Origin: Balanoglossus misakiensis | Taxonomy: Eukaryota; Animalia; Hemichordata | Direction: 5' to 3' | Length of the DNA stretch: 64,000 bases | Assembly (NCBI GenBank): GCA_040954595.2 | Contig: CM082579.2 | Span: 8,607,625-8,671,624 of the forward strand | Shown: positions 11,771-24,360 of the stretch, piece after piece | Position numbering within the stretch: the first letter of the stretch is position 1 | How the letters are laid out: each line of letters opens with the position of its first letter | Notes under the pieces: model-generated | What the model was told of the DNA's origin: nothing | The model's input: the letters and a program-made list of their open reading frames with translations, nothing else | Database searches by the model: none | Program-made: the position numbers and the translations under genes

Positions 11771-12235
11771 GGGGATTTCCCTTCACCATGGCAACACACA
11801 TGTCATCGCATATCGTGCTACCAAACACAGTAAGAAGGTTGATTTTGCCAGAGGAATACTTTCCCCCAGAGGTGTTATTATCCCAGCTGTTCAGGAATCG
11901 ACACGGTGTGAAAAAGCAGGGAAATCCGCGTAACGGTCACGGCTCAAAGCTGAGTGCGGTTCTGCGGTTTAAAATCGTAAGTATACGCCTTTCAGTTCAG
12001 ATGGGCGTTGCCGAGAGCAAGTGCCTAGCTTCTTTACATGAATTTGCAGGATATTGAAATATTAGACTGGGCTTTTGAAGTCGTCTCGATGCTCTTGTTG
12101 AATGCAACCGGTGATCGAGTCGTTATGCAATAAGTTCATTTTCTGAATAAATCCTTCATCGGTACTAGTCTCGGTTACCCAGAGCCCTCTGCTTCTTCCG
12201 TTGGGCACTCCAGAAAGAGGGTCTGGGGAAACCCC
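11771..12235 (+). promoter_or_regulatory. Putative NF-kB sites at the promoter/first intron of ARM gene A
   Basis: GGGGATTTCCC 11771-11781, GGGAAATCC 11919-11927, GGGGAAACCCC 12225-12235; donor C|GTAAGT near 11977 and acceptor TTACAG at 12644 suggest a non-coding first exon. Confidence 0.5.
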
Positions 12236-12653
12236 ATAGAAAACTCTCCGGGCAAAGATGGCCGACTTGAGACAAATGCGATGCATGATGGTTGCAGCCT
12301 CAAACATAAAAAAAACATGCTGAGAAGTGCTAGACCTGCTAAAACTGTCTACAAATTGAAAAGAGAGAGAGAAGTTTGGTAAATAGTTTTCTAATATCGT
12401 CATATCATAATATCAAATGTTAAAAATGCGCAGAATTCTGGTGAGAGAAAATTGCTCAGTCACATGACTGTTTAAATAAACATGTCATAGCAGCTAATAT
12501 CAGAGGTGAACTTTGATAAATACGTCAACGAGTCCCGTAAAATCTGTAGACTCTCTGATTTACGGCATGCCATATGCAGTGTGACATCCCACCTCGAAGT
12601 GAACAAGTTCACTCTGGTAAAAAAAATTGCCGCGCAATTTACAGTATTCCGCC

Positions 12654-14824
12654 ATGTCTGATGTTCCTGACGCCCGCATATTAAGTAAGAATGATAGTAG
12701 CCAAGTCAAAATCTCTGATGGAAAACTCAAATGTCTGCCTTGCAGAATAACCACACGCCTCGCAGATACCAGCATGGCTGCTGCTCGCTCGAAAAAGCTG
12801 ACCTCGCCTGGATATCGAAAGAACGTTACCAGCATAGACTTAAGATGTGAGGAACTGTACGATGAGTTCTTTGCAGAAAACGCGTCTTCGCCTATGGTAA
12901 AGGCACTCCAGGCTTTAAGGCCGGGCCCTCATTTCGATATCAATATGGCAACCAGGCTTGTTTCCGAAAACTTGTACAAGTACGTGAACAACGCACCCAT
13001 CTACGAGAGACGAGTGGCGCTGGCCGACAAGTTGACAGCGCTGGACGGTGGTACTGTGCTTGCCAGTGTTCTTGTTGAGCTGATGACGAAACGCAAACCT
13101 ACAGAATACGAGCTGTTAGCTATAGGTATAATATGCTGCACCTGTAGCCTGTTCGCATCGCTCAGTTCGGAGTTGTGCGCGCAGCTTGGGCGGACAAAAC
13201 TGCTTGGCATTCTGTTGGAAGACACAGATGCGTATAGGCTGGGAGAAAATCGAAGTAAGGTGAGATTTGCATTGGTTTAATAGTGGAATATGCGGTTGCA
13301 TTATATCATGATGTTAAAGGCGTTATAAGGTGATATTTCGGTAACATGGTGTTAAAATTGGATGACAGGTTTGGGGAGAAACCGAGACATATTTTAAACA
13401 GCTAACGCAACATGACGATTTGTCCTTCTTGCAGGATCGCTGCGTTTCGGCTCTCTACATACTACTGAGCTGTTCTCGGGTCCCTGGGAATCAAGGTATG
13501 CTTGGCGAACTTCACGCGGCCGAAAGACTGCAGTGGTTTGTTGAAAACAGGGATCTGGAGATGGCCATGGTGTCGCTGTTCACCGTGGCTCACGTTTACG
13601 GAGACACGGGACCGGCGGCCCGAGATAAAGTCATTGACTACATTATCGACTCCTTGGAGTGTGCCGCGCTGGCTGGCCGGTACGCACGCTCCAAAGAGTG
13701 CAAACTGACCGTGCCAGAGATCCTCGCAGGACTGCGCATGGTGGCGCGCAACGAGAAGTCCAGTTCGCTGTTGGTTGACAAGAACATTGTTCGTGTTCTG
13801 TTGGACATTTTGAACGACGGCGATCAGGAAGAACAGGTTTGTGTTATACAGCTCCTTGGAGATTTCGCAGCACTGGAACGGAACAGGAAGAAGATTTTAG
13901 ATACTGCGGGTCCAATTCTCAGTAGGGTTTCCCAAAATGGCACTGAAGACTTACGTTCCATGATTTACGATCTTGTGCTTTATAGACTGCTGGCCAGTCC
14001 TGAGAATATCCATGGTAAGGGTATATTAATAATCCGAACGCTAATGTGGCATTTTCAAAACATGATAAACCCGAATAGAAATAACATTAAATTATAACTA
14101 AAAAATCATATCATCTACGATGATAGGACTATTTTAAGACAAAAATAATTCGGTGTTTTAGGATCTTCTCATTTAAACTCATCACAAGTGTAAATAACCT
14201 CGTTGGTTCTTCTTTGAACGGTTTGATTTTTTTAACAACGCAATACATGTAAACGCCACAATACAGTTAGCTATTAACAGTCGTCGGCAGACTGAAAGAT
14301 TCAGTCGTGTGCGGGCGCTCTGGCGCACTTCGAGCTTAGTATCGTAACCACCGTGGCATTTCTGTTTCTGCATCAGGCCGACCTGACAGCAAACGTCAGG
14401 GGAGAATTACACTGGACGAGACGAGAAGACACAAGTCGGCAAGCACACCAGAACAGAATACAGAGGCAGACTTGACAAGAAGCATGATAGGTCATCAGCG
14501 TGTGCAGGGAGGGCAGGTTGCCAACGGTCATTACAATACTATAACCATAAACAACTACTTTCCGTGTAACGACTGTCATTCACCAGGTTGGTTTTTCCAT
14601 ATAATATATTGAAGCGATCTTGAAGTCTGCATATTTATAAATAAAGAAATTGATCCACACGATGTCTACAAAGATGTCTTTATCTGTCTGTCTGTCTGTC
14701 TGCCTGTCTGTCTCTCTATCTCTCTCTCCCTCCCTCTCCATCTGATTCTCTTCTTTGTAACTTGTTTCCAGATATTCCGTGGAAATCAGCGACGATGCCA
14801 CCGCCATACAACGATATCCAATGA
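12654..14824 (+). CDS. Armadillo/HEAT-like repeat protein A (about 482 aa), no TIR domain seen
   Basis: join(12654..13259,13435..14014,14377..14586,14772..14824). Helical repeats: RVALADKLTALDGGTVL..FASLSSELCAQLGRTKLL..SALYILLSCS..EILAGLRMVARNEKSSSLLVDKNIVRVLLDIL. First two exons are solid; the last two exons and the start codon (alternative ATG 12774) are less certain. Confidence 0.75.
14683..14740. repeat. (GTCT)n/(CT)n microsatellite
   Basis: tctgtctgtctgtctgtctgcctgtctgtctctctatctctctctccctccctctcc, intronic. Confidence 0.85.
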
Positions 14825-17596
14825 AACCAGTCACTGAGAACTACAGTATTTCGCCCATGGAAGTCGCCGTCGCGTCTTCAACCAATCAAGGGGACTCCGT
14901 CATAACTCAAAATTCTATGGTGGTCGACATAATACCGTCGACTAGAGAACGTTGGTAGAGTTACAATGAGTCGTTGATTAATATGAAGTTGAACGCAATT
15001 CAACATAAATTAGTTTGATATTTGGGACATTTTGTGTGTATTCAGAATTCAGTATTTTACAAACTCTCCAAATAGCCAGAGTGAAAAAAACATGGTTTAA
15101 CAATAGATATGCTGTAGTTGCGATAGTTTTTCTTGTCTAAAATATATTTGGTGGGACTCAATAACTCTGTGAAACTTATCGATAGTACCTAAGAATTAAT
15201 GGATATTTCACATGAATAACTTCAATGCACATTGCTGGTCAATTGTTGTATTGATGTATATATTATACGCATAAGTCCCGAATATATCATTTCTAACCAA
15301 TATGGTTTAATAGTGTTGTTGGCTATTTAAGCCTCAGATATGAAATAAAATTAATGACACACTAGCTCAGCTGTCTTGAAGCAAGTTATCGTCATGTCCT
15401 ATCCGTTCTCCTAACTTGTGTCTCTCTAATTACTTGCCTTTCATTTTTCACAGCACTGTCCGAAACAGTATGTATACCAGAAAAGTCGCGCAGATAAAAC
15501 CTTGGGGAAAATGTCAGACAACAGCAAACTTAGGGCGCTTGGAAGTTTGGGGCGCTATCAATAATCGAGAAAACTGATGAAAACGGTCATTTTGGACACA
15601 CAGGAAATAATTATAATCCCTTCTTCTCCTTTCCTTCGTGGCGGGCCTTTCGCGGTGTGTGACTGTGCACAAATCAAGCTGGGGTCTATCCTGAAAACAC
15701 TGGCATTCGCCAGGCCGACAAATGCGGGGCGATTGTGTTTTATTGCGAGTTTGTCACAGAACTTCCCAGTTTGAAAGTAATGGAACTTGCTCATGCCGGG
15801 TGAACCGTACGGCAGAAGGAATTTAAGTAAGCTCTGCATACATGTATTCCAATAAATAATGTGGCCAAATCAATCTCCACCACTTTCACGACCGTTCATG
15901 TAGTCGTGATTCTTGCCCGCCATGTTAACCGCGCAAAACCGTGATTAAAATGGTATTTTAAATTATAATACATGACTACATACATACATGTATGTGTGGG
16001 GTTGTTTTCCAAATGGATCTTGGTTCCGGGACACTTACTTTCTACAGGTACTTAGAACACGTGACACCGCGTTGAAAACCACTCCAGTGCGAGTGTCTCT
16101 TCTGTTGCCCGCAGTTGTTTGAGGGAAGTGTGATGCCGGTCCACGACCTCGCGGAGCGCTGGGTGTTTCTGACCAAGTTCTTCCTGACCACCTCGGTTCA
16201 CTCGGACTGGAGTCCCTCTGATTAGGTCAGTATCTTTGTTTTTATTCCGCTATCTGCATCGGTGATGGTGCTTGCACGAAGGCGAAATGGGCGCCTTGGT
16301 CATTCGGCGACTACATGTACCTCGAGCCGTCCTGATATCAAACCTTGATTTCTATTTCCTGTTTTCTTGTCTCGCACGAGGAAATGAACTTTTTTGGAGA
16401 CGCGGAAATACACCCAATGGTAGACATATTACATTCCACCCAGCAAGAAAGGGAGCCTTACGCACTTAAAACGCACAGACAATACTAGTATACGATTTAG
16501 CCTGTGACTGCAATCGATGGAAACAGAGAACGCCTTTGCTCTTTTCCGAGTCAACGAACAGACATCTTGTCCTTCTGTTTTATGGGAAGGTCCATCGCCG
16601 CAACGGGAAGTCTAGAAAGACAGACTCCAACAGGTGGTCAAAATCCTCGCGTTCCACTTTACGTACGTACTGCGAAATAGGCGTCGGTCGGTAAACGTGG
16701 GAGATAACCGGGGTCAAAACACTTCATTGTCGTGGTGAAAGTGGCTGCTCGCTTCTCCAGGGACTGGAATGTGTCTACCACAGACTTCGTTTGTGTGCCC
16801 GTTTCGCACAATACGACACACGTCCAGGGTATCATAGGGTTAGGGCCAGCCCGGTGCGTCAATCAGGGTCCACAGACAAGCGTGGCATTCGAGTCCGTGC
16901 CCGTTTGGTCGAATGGGAATCGTCGACCTGAACTTGATAGACTAGTACATCGTTGCCATTTGTTTATACCTGTCTACATGTAAACGCCTCGTAACAAATC
17001 TCAGCCCACGCACTTGAAATGTGCCGGACAAAGGTATCACGTAATTGGGCTCCTTTTGTTCGCCATTCTTTTTTTAGACCCAAGGTCTCAACGCGTGGCA
17101 CTATCACCAGATGATGTCACTTAGGATACACAATCGCGAGAGGAAGTCACGTGAACAAAAATCCCTGATATAACAGTGATAGTTTTATGTTATGCTCTAT
17201 AAGCGTGCATCCCTCATCTCTTCCGCTTTTGTTTAATAGGGTATGGACAGTTTAATACACAGCAAACTCGGCAAGATCAGTGATCAGCTGAAATTTTAAT
17301 CTATTAATGTCTGACGTTGTTTTGATTGTTGGACTGACATAGAAGACAAAATCCCCACACGCGCACGCTATGAAATTAAATTTTCTGCCCACCGAAAACC
17401 TTCTCAACTTTAATGTGTGCGTAAGTGTATGTGCGCACGCGTGACAAAGATGTATAATACAGAGCTATTTCGGGGAAGTTTTTCCAGTCACTTGACTGGT
17501 TGGTGGGTAACCCGGATACACTTTGCACGTGTCGCTTCACCGAAGCCTCATCTGAGATTGTTATCGCACTGTAGGCAGGGCCAGGAGGGGAACACC

Positions 17597-20500
17597 ATGA
17601 GCGCGGACACCGAGGACGGTCCGTCTCTGCAACGGCGCTCCAAGGTCATGATGCCGAGAAGCCGGAGTGTCATCACCAGCGCCGACATGGAAGACCTTCA
17701 ACTCGACGCTGACGGCGACGCTGCTACCGCGGCGATAAATGGCGGTGAAGACGGAGACGGTGATCAGAGACAGACCGAGGCTTCGCCAGCTGCCACCAGC
17801 AGTACCAGCCCGCAACTTTCACCCGCAGCGAGAGACCACCGGGATAGGTTCCCGAGTTTTGACTACACGGGCGATGACGGTAAGCAGTGAGCCAAAATTG
17901 CTGGAATGGAATGCCTTTGAGAGATGGTGCTTTCGCGTTGTTTGTAATGTATGGGGGTGGTCATGTTTACTTGTGTAGGTTGTAAACGCATGGCTGTGAG
18001 TGACTGTATACCTTGCGCCACTAAAGGTACGCTCCGCTTCGTCCATTGTCGTCTGTAAAACCACGGGTCTTATCTGTCAAAAAACAACGTGCACTTCTCA
18101 ATACTGCATGAAGCAGCCACTCTTCTCGACCCTGTCACTGCAGCACCAGGCTATTTTGCACCATACTGTGCGAAATGGCGAGGTGCTTGCTCATCGCCAT
18201 TTTGTCCAGCCCCCCGTTTAATTGTGTGCATCGGTGGAATGTCAATGAACAAACGGACCGCCATTACTGATGTAACGCACGTAGAAACGGCGCGTAAAGA
18301 TAGCCAGCAATGGCCTAAGCATGTAAACATGAAGTGTACAAAGGCGTTACAGATCGCCCGACTTCCCACTTCTCAACTTCTGAACGCCAAAGCTCACACT
18401 TCAAAGGTCGGCTACAGTTTATTATAAGTCGCCAAATCTACCTGCCAACATAATTAGAGTATATGTCGAGCATTTCTCATCTCTAGTAAACGTTGTAACC
18501 AGATGTGAACTGATTAGGCCTACGTATATTTTAAAAATTAATTCCACGGAATCTGCATAAAGGTTCATCTTTTGTGCTGTGACATTTCCCAGTACATGTA
18601 TGTTGAAGTGGGTAAATTATAGTACATTGAAGTAGGCAAATAAACAGTTACTAGAAAATTCACGGTAGTCCCCAATGTTCAACCGCACATTTGTGTGAAT
18701 ATCTCTGCCCGTGCTGGTTTTGGATGCATTAGACGAGTGTCAAAACTTAACATGCAAATCATAGCGTTGTGACGTCAACATTTGCAGAAGAAATACGACT
18801 TGTTAATGCAGTGCTTTCTTGCCGGTTGTAAATGTATGTCAGCATGTAAATTCAAGGATAAAGTATAAAGACTAGTCCGAACTTTCAATTTTGAATAATA
18901 ACAGTTCTAATTGTAATCATAGGGGGCTTTGCCCATATCTAAACATACTCGGCATTTTAGAGTCGAACACGGAAATACTCTTGATTCACAGAATTACGCA
19001 CTGAAAATATTCAAATACTGAAGCCAGTGGGTTTTTACATGTAGCTGTGTACCGTAAGCGTTTCGTGGTAACTTTGATAAACTGTGATATTTATGATACA
19101 CTGAGCGCCTCTTTTTGAACTTTGTACGGACAGGTCCGAGCAGAAAACCAACAGATAATCGTGACATTTCGCAGCGAAGAGAGCAGGCGGGTACAAAACA
19201 TTCACGCGGCGTTAAGATGACCCCAACGGTTGATTTCGGGCAGCGAGACGCCATCGGGAAGATGGCGCAGGCCGTGGAGAGCATGAAGCGGAGCGAGGCG
19301 AACGACATCTGGGACATGACGCGGGAGGTCGCCACTCACATCTACATGCCCTTCCACGCCACGCACAGCGAGCAGACCCGCCACCAGCTGGGCGACTACC
19401 TGGCGACCTCGGGCGGGGGCCGCGAGCTCACCTGGTTCCTGGCCAGCCTGCTGGAGATCGAGGACAAGACGGAGAGGATCTGGCAGTCCATACACTTCGT
19501 GCAGAACACCTGCTGGGACTACTCCGACGTCAGCCTGACGCTGTGCAAGGAGTTCGGCAAAGGCGGACTGTTGAATCTCATGTTCACGAACCTTGAACGC
19601 TTTGGATTGCAAAAGTACACTACCATGGTAAGTACGTGTATTAACCGTGCGTCTCAATGTAGGAAGTTACAAAATCCGACACAGGTGAAAGTAAGGGACT
19701 ACTTAGAGGTAGTTCCTGGTTATCACACTCCATAGCTTATATGTGTAATTTTGAGAAAATTGTGTTATAATATTATACTTTTCTGGAAGTTTTCTCTAAC
19801 GCTGTGTTATAACGCAAACACCACACATGCCATGTCGACAAAATGTTTGCTTGGTTTTTATCGTTGTTGTTTACTTCCCGATTGGGATTTGGTTTTATTC
19901 TGGTGTCGGTTGTCTGTGTCGTGACCGAGTGGTTGGTTTGTTTTGGCAGGTTTATTGATTACCCGAGCGTCGTGAGCTGCAACTTACATCAACTCCATAT
20001 CTTGTCATTTTTGGTTTGGTTTGATTTTCATTTGGCAGCTGTCAGCCATTATTTCGATTGCTGAGTGGAAGTTTATGACGACTTGCTTATCCAGTGCTTC
20101 AATATGCTTGTCTTTCAGGGATTATTAGACAAGTATTGTTAAACTTATTTCAGGAAATGATATTTATGTACAGTCATGTTTTTTTTTCATCACGCGTGTA
20201 TATTTTCCCCTGACAGAATGAACGTCTCTTGGTCATATCGTCGCTTAATATTTTACACAACTGCTCGAAAACGTTTAAGAACTTGAAAGAGTTCAAAGGC
20301 CAGAATGCCGTGAGGAAACTGCAACCGTACACGAGTGCGCGGGACAAAGAATTAGCCATGCTCGGACTCTTCATTCTGTCGTACGTGGCGGACGACACCG
20401 AACTCGATGTTCTGAGTTCGAGTAACGAGATGACGGACTACATCCTGGCGATCTTGAACAATGCTTTGGACAGCCCTACCTTGAAAGGGAGGTCGTCGGA

Positions 20501-21645
20501 GGGGAACTTTTCCGCTGTGGAAATCCTCAAAAGTTTGTCCAATCTCGCCAGAAATGACCGAAACAAGTCGAGTATGGTGAGCCGGGAGGTCGCGCACATA
20601 CTGTTGCAGTTTTTCCAAAGGGGGCGCTCGCCCGAGAAGAAGTTCGCCGCCAATCTCCTGACGGTGCTGCTGAAGTTGCCGAGCAACCGGACGAAAATCA
20701 TCGAGACCAAGGGACTGGTCAACATGGTGAATGGTCTCTGTAAGAGCCACGACGCGTCCGTCAAAGAGGCTGCCGAGAATGTAATGATGGCTATTATGAG
20801 ACCCGCCTCTGTGACTGATATACCAGGTGCGTTAGGCGGTATGGTCGCCGTTTGGTACTCAAGGTCGACGATCGTCTCATGCGCACGTGTTTAATTTCGT
20901 GTGAACAAACACTAGACCCAATCCAAATGTTCTGCAAATTTTGCGTTCGACGCAATCAAATAGCGGACTGTCTTCGTTTCCTTTCATATTTCCTGCGCAC
21001 TGTATAAGTAAACTTTACTTTTGTCCCTTTTCTTCGCCCAATTTGCTGTCTTTTATCGGTCACCGACACAGACTATGGTCGCCGCCATCTTGTCTGTTGT
21101 CAGGACAGCACATTGCCTTATGGCATTGACTATACATTTTTTGTAACCAGGGACTCTGGTTTACACGTGCGCATAAGACGATCATCGCCCTTTAATGTAA
21201 TGAATCACAATCCTTCCATGATGGTGGCGTATTTCTTCACGTTGGTATTTCTGTAGATACAATCACATGACTATATGCCTGTACACGAAACTGTTTACAT
21301 GTATTAAGAAGCAAACGTGAAGAAACAGATGGTCAGTTGTGCATAACATATCGGTAAAAAAAATACCATTCTTTCGTGTGATGTACAGGTAAACGGGAGA
21401 AGGCTGACCTTGCCAGGCAGAGGTCAAAGCAAGCGCATCGCAGTTTGGTGTACACCAGCGGCCGCCCCGACGACGACGACGACGACACATTTGAGCTGCC
21501 ACTGCCGAAGCCGCGCTCACAGACACTCGGAAGAGCCGTCACACTGAACGGCACTAACAGCGCCAACCAAAATCCCCGGCACTCTGTCGACATTTCCGAG
21601 GCCACCGATGTGGTGTTCGAGAACGAAGAAGACTCGGTCTGTTAG
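17597..21645 (+). CDS. Armadillo/HEAT-like repeat protein B (about 547 aa), paralog of A, no TIR domain seen
   Basis: join(17597..17879,19134..19627,20217..20826,21389..21645)=1644 nt, GT-AG, open frame, GC3-rich exons. Motifs RHQLGDYLATSGGG..CWDYSDVSLTLCKEFGKGGLL..SSLNILHNCSK..FSAVEILKSLSNLARNDRNK; low-complexity N- and C-termini. Confidence 0.85.
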
Positions 21646-24360
21646 AATGCCTTGTGGGGGTCTAAAGTCTGACAGTACGTAGTGCTCACGAATATCCAAG
21701 CATTTTGTTATTAACTTGCAACCGGACCATGTGCCTGATATTGCCATCGTGCACCCAAACAAGTTAAAGCCTGATATACCAGTACTACGCGGCCTCACAC
21801 TTATATTTCAAATCAGGATCGTGAATTCTTTTCCGGAAATAACACATTTCAAAAATGAACTTTATATTTGTTAGTATCAAGGGCTTACTGTCAGTTTCAT
21901 TTCGATATTAAATGGCAATGTTTTTGCGATGACTGCATTGGCCACCCCTCCCACTTTGAGGGCTATGTCGCAATGTAACCCTGGGTAAAGTGGTGTCGTC
22001 GTGGCCAACTGGTTGGGAGTCTGCGATTTCTTCACCATGTGGAGGTATATATTGATCCTGCAAAATTGAAAGCAGAATTCGCAAGATTTTTACTACATGT
22101 ATTATAGTGCAAACGCCATCTTCAATCTACACAGCAGACGACAGGGATGGCCAAACTATACGCGTAGGATTTCTTTCACGAGAAAATTATCAAGCACTGC
22201 CGCGGCCAATTGATAATATCTGTCGGTTCGCTGATTACCGACAAAAAGGACAAACAGTGGTTGTGAGAAGTACGGGGGTATCTTGTCACTCCGTTTAAAT
22301 GTAACGAAACTCTGACAAGGCAACGATAAGACAAGCCATGTCCGGGTCATTCATGTTATTGGGCAACCCCGCACACAATCAGGTCATAAGTTAAACTTTG
22401 CTGGGAGCAAGTTAGGGTAGATGGCACCTCGGAAATCAAATCCTTAACGGTGAACTTCGTGTTTTCTTCCTTGTTTTAAAAGAGATTCCTCACCCACTGT
22501 AACGTAGCAAAGAATTAGAATAGTTGCAGGACTGTCATTGTTTCTGAAACTCTGTCCCCGAGGCGCACACTACCTTAACGTTAACAGAAGGTACCGCTTG
22601 GTTGAAATTACATATCTTTTATAAGCTGATGAAAAATCCGGCAGTACCGCTTTGAAAAACAAAATGGTCACGTGTGCTGGTAAAAAAAATGTAACGCCGC
22701 CCTCACACGATGTTTGTGTATAATTTTGACGAGAGGTTCCGCGTGGACATTTATTCTTCCAAGGCAACGTCGCGGTTTTACTCCAGCTGATAAATTCACA
22801 AACCCCACATATGGCACCGAGGGAATTGTCCTCTTTGACCCAAAAAATATCCCACCAGCAAATATGTATATCCCTGTGACTAAAATAAGGGAAATACCAT
22901 TCAAAGAATTTCACCGAATTTACGTCGAATTTAATTCACTACCGCCATTAAACGGGAAATGTTGAACTTACTAAAGATTCAAAATGAAAGTCGTTTAATA
23001 GTTTCACTTCTACTACACAGATTTTATCATGGAAGGTTTATTAATGTTCCATCACGTATATAGGCCTATTCACAATCCAGTATCATCGTCAAATGCAAGG
23101 AAACTCTTATATTCGACTCGAATTATTTTTAAATGGGTCCCGTTTCTGGCAGCGAGATCCAAGAGTCTTGCTCTTCAGATGAGAACAAATCCTTCTTGGA
23201 AAAAAATAATCTGGCGTCATGTCACAGTGGATTTGATAGTTATAAATAACGAAAACGTATTCACTAGATCACAAAACTGAATTTATTTTGTGATGATTGG
23301 CCGAATGAAGTATTTAAAAAAGTAAAGTACCTACTTTATATGTATATTTAAATAGTTAATTCCGAACTTCGGAGAATGATGATCCGTATACTGCAAGACC
23401 ATGCGCCCTCTATCAATCAATGTCTTGTTTATTAACATATTGGATGGGCCACCGGCAAATTTTAATTAAAACCTGATATGTCATATTGAAAGAATTGTTT
23501 ACGCAAGTTTTTGTACAAAAGTTATATTTTGTCGTTTGGCGATGAATAAATGTACCTACACTTAACTATAAATAAATCTTTATTTCTTTTATGAATCCTC
23601 CTGTAGGTCACCGAATCATTGTTATGTAAGATAGTGGACATGATTGTCGTCGGACAAATTCGGTAATGGAATCAAATTTAGTGAGTGTACCACTGCAGTA
23701 TGTAATAAACTTACCGTTAAAACTAGTCCGTAAAACGAAACTCATGCCACAAGAATTTTCTCTTCGTTGTCTTTTACTTCTGTACATTGTCTTCAATATA
23801 AACAGATGGAAAACATATAATCCGCAATTATTTATAAACCAACACTGAAAATCTCGAAGGCTACATTAATGATAGTCTTGTAGAGATACAAACGACCTGA
23901 AGACATGGTCGACGCCCAGGTATTAGTTGTCATTGACGTCAAACCACCTGTGCAGTAAAATTTGTAGTCAGAAACACAACACATCTGCCAGAGACAGTCA
24001 CGGAGCAGCACGCAAATCCTCGACGCAAGCAGTTTTAGCAGCTCTTGAGGTAAGTGGTTGTTGTTTTTATTGCACTCTGGCGTAAAATAATTGTTCACGC
24101 CACCGAGAGCAAAAATGTTCACACACGGAAGCTTGACATGAGAAATCAAAGCTTATTTCTTTTGTTGGATAGTCAGTCTTTCGCTGCCAACAGAATTTTC
24201 GCCAGAATATCAACAGGTTTGTTTTCTGCCAGCTGTCGTTTTCTTTCCAACAAATTTTTCGTGAAGAGCGACGCTCACTACAACGTTTTGGACTCGCACT
24301 TTGTTGTCTGGCAAAATTTAACAATTGTCGTCTTTTTTTCCTGAAGTGCCGACCTGTAGA

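Noticed and set aside
14772-14959. Longer alternative frame (YSVEISDDAT..RERW) for the last exon of ARM gene A, faintly like RHSVDISEAT in gene B
   Set aside because: Needs a phase-2 donor; the only one I found would create a stop codon. Not excluded without cDNA.
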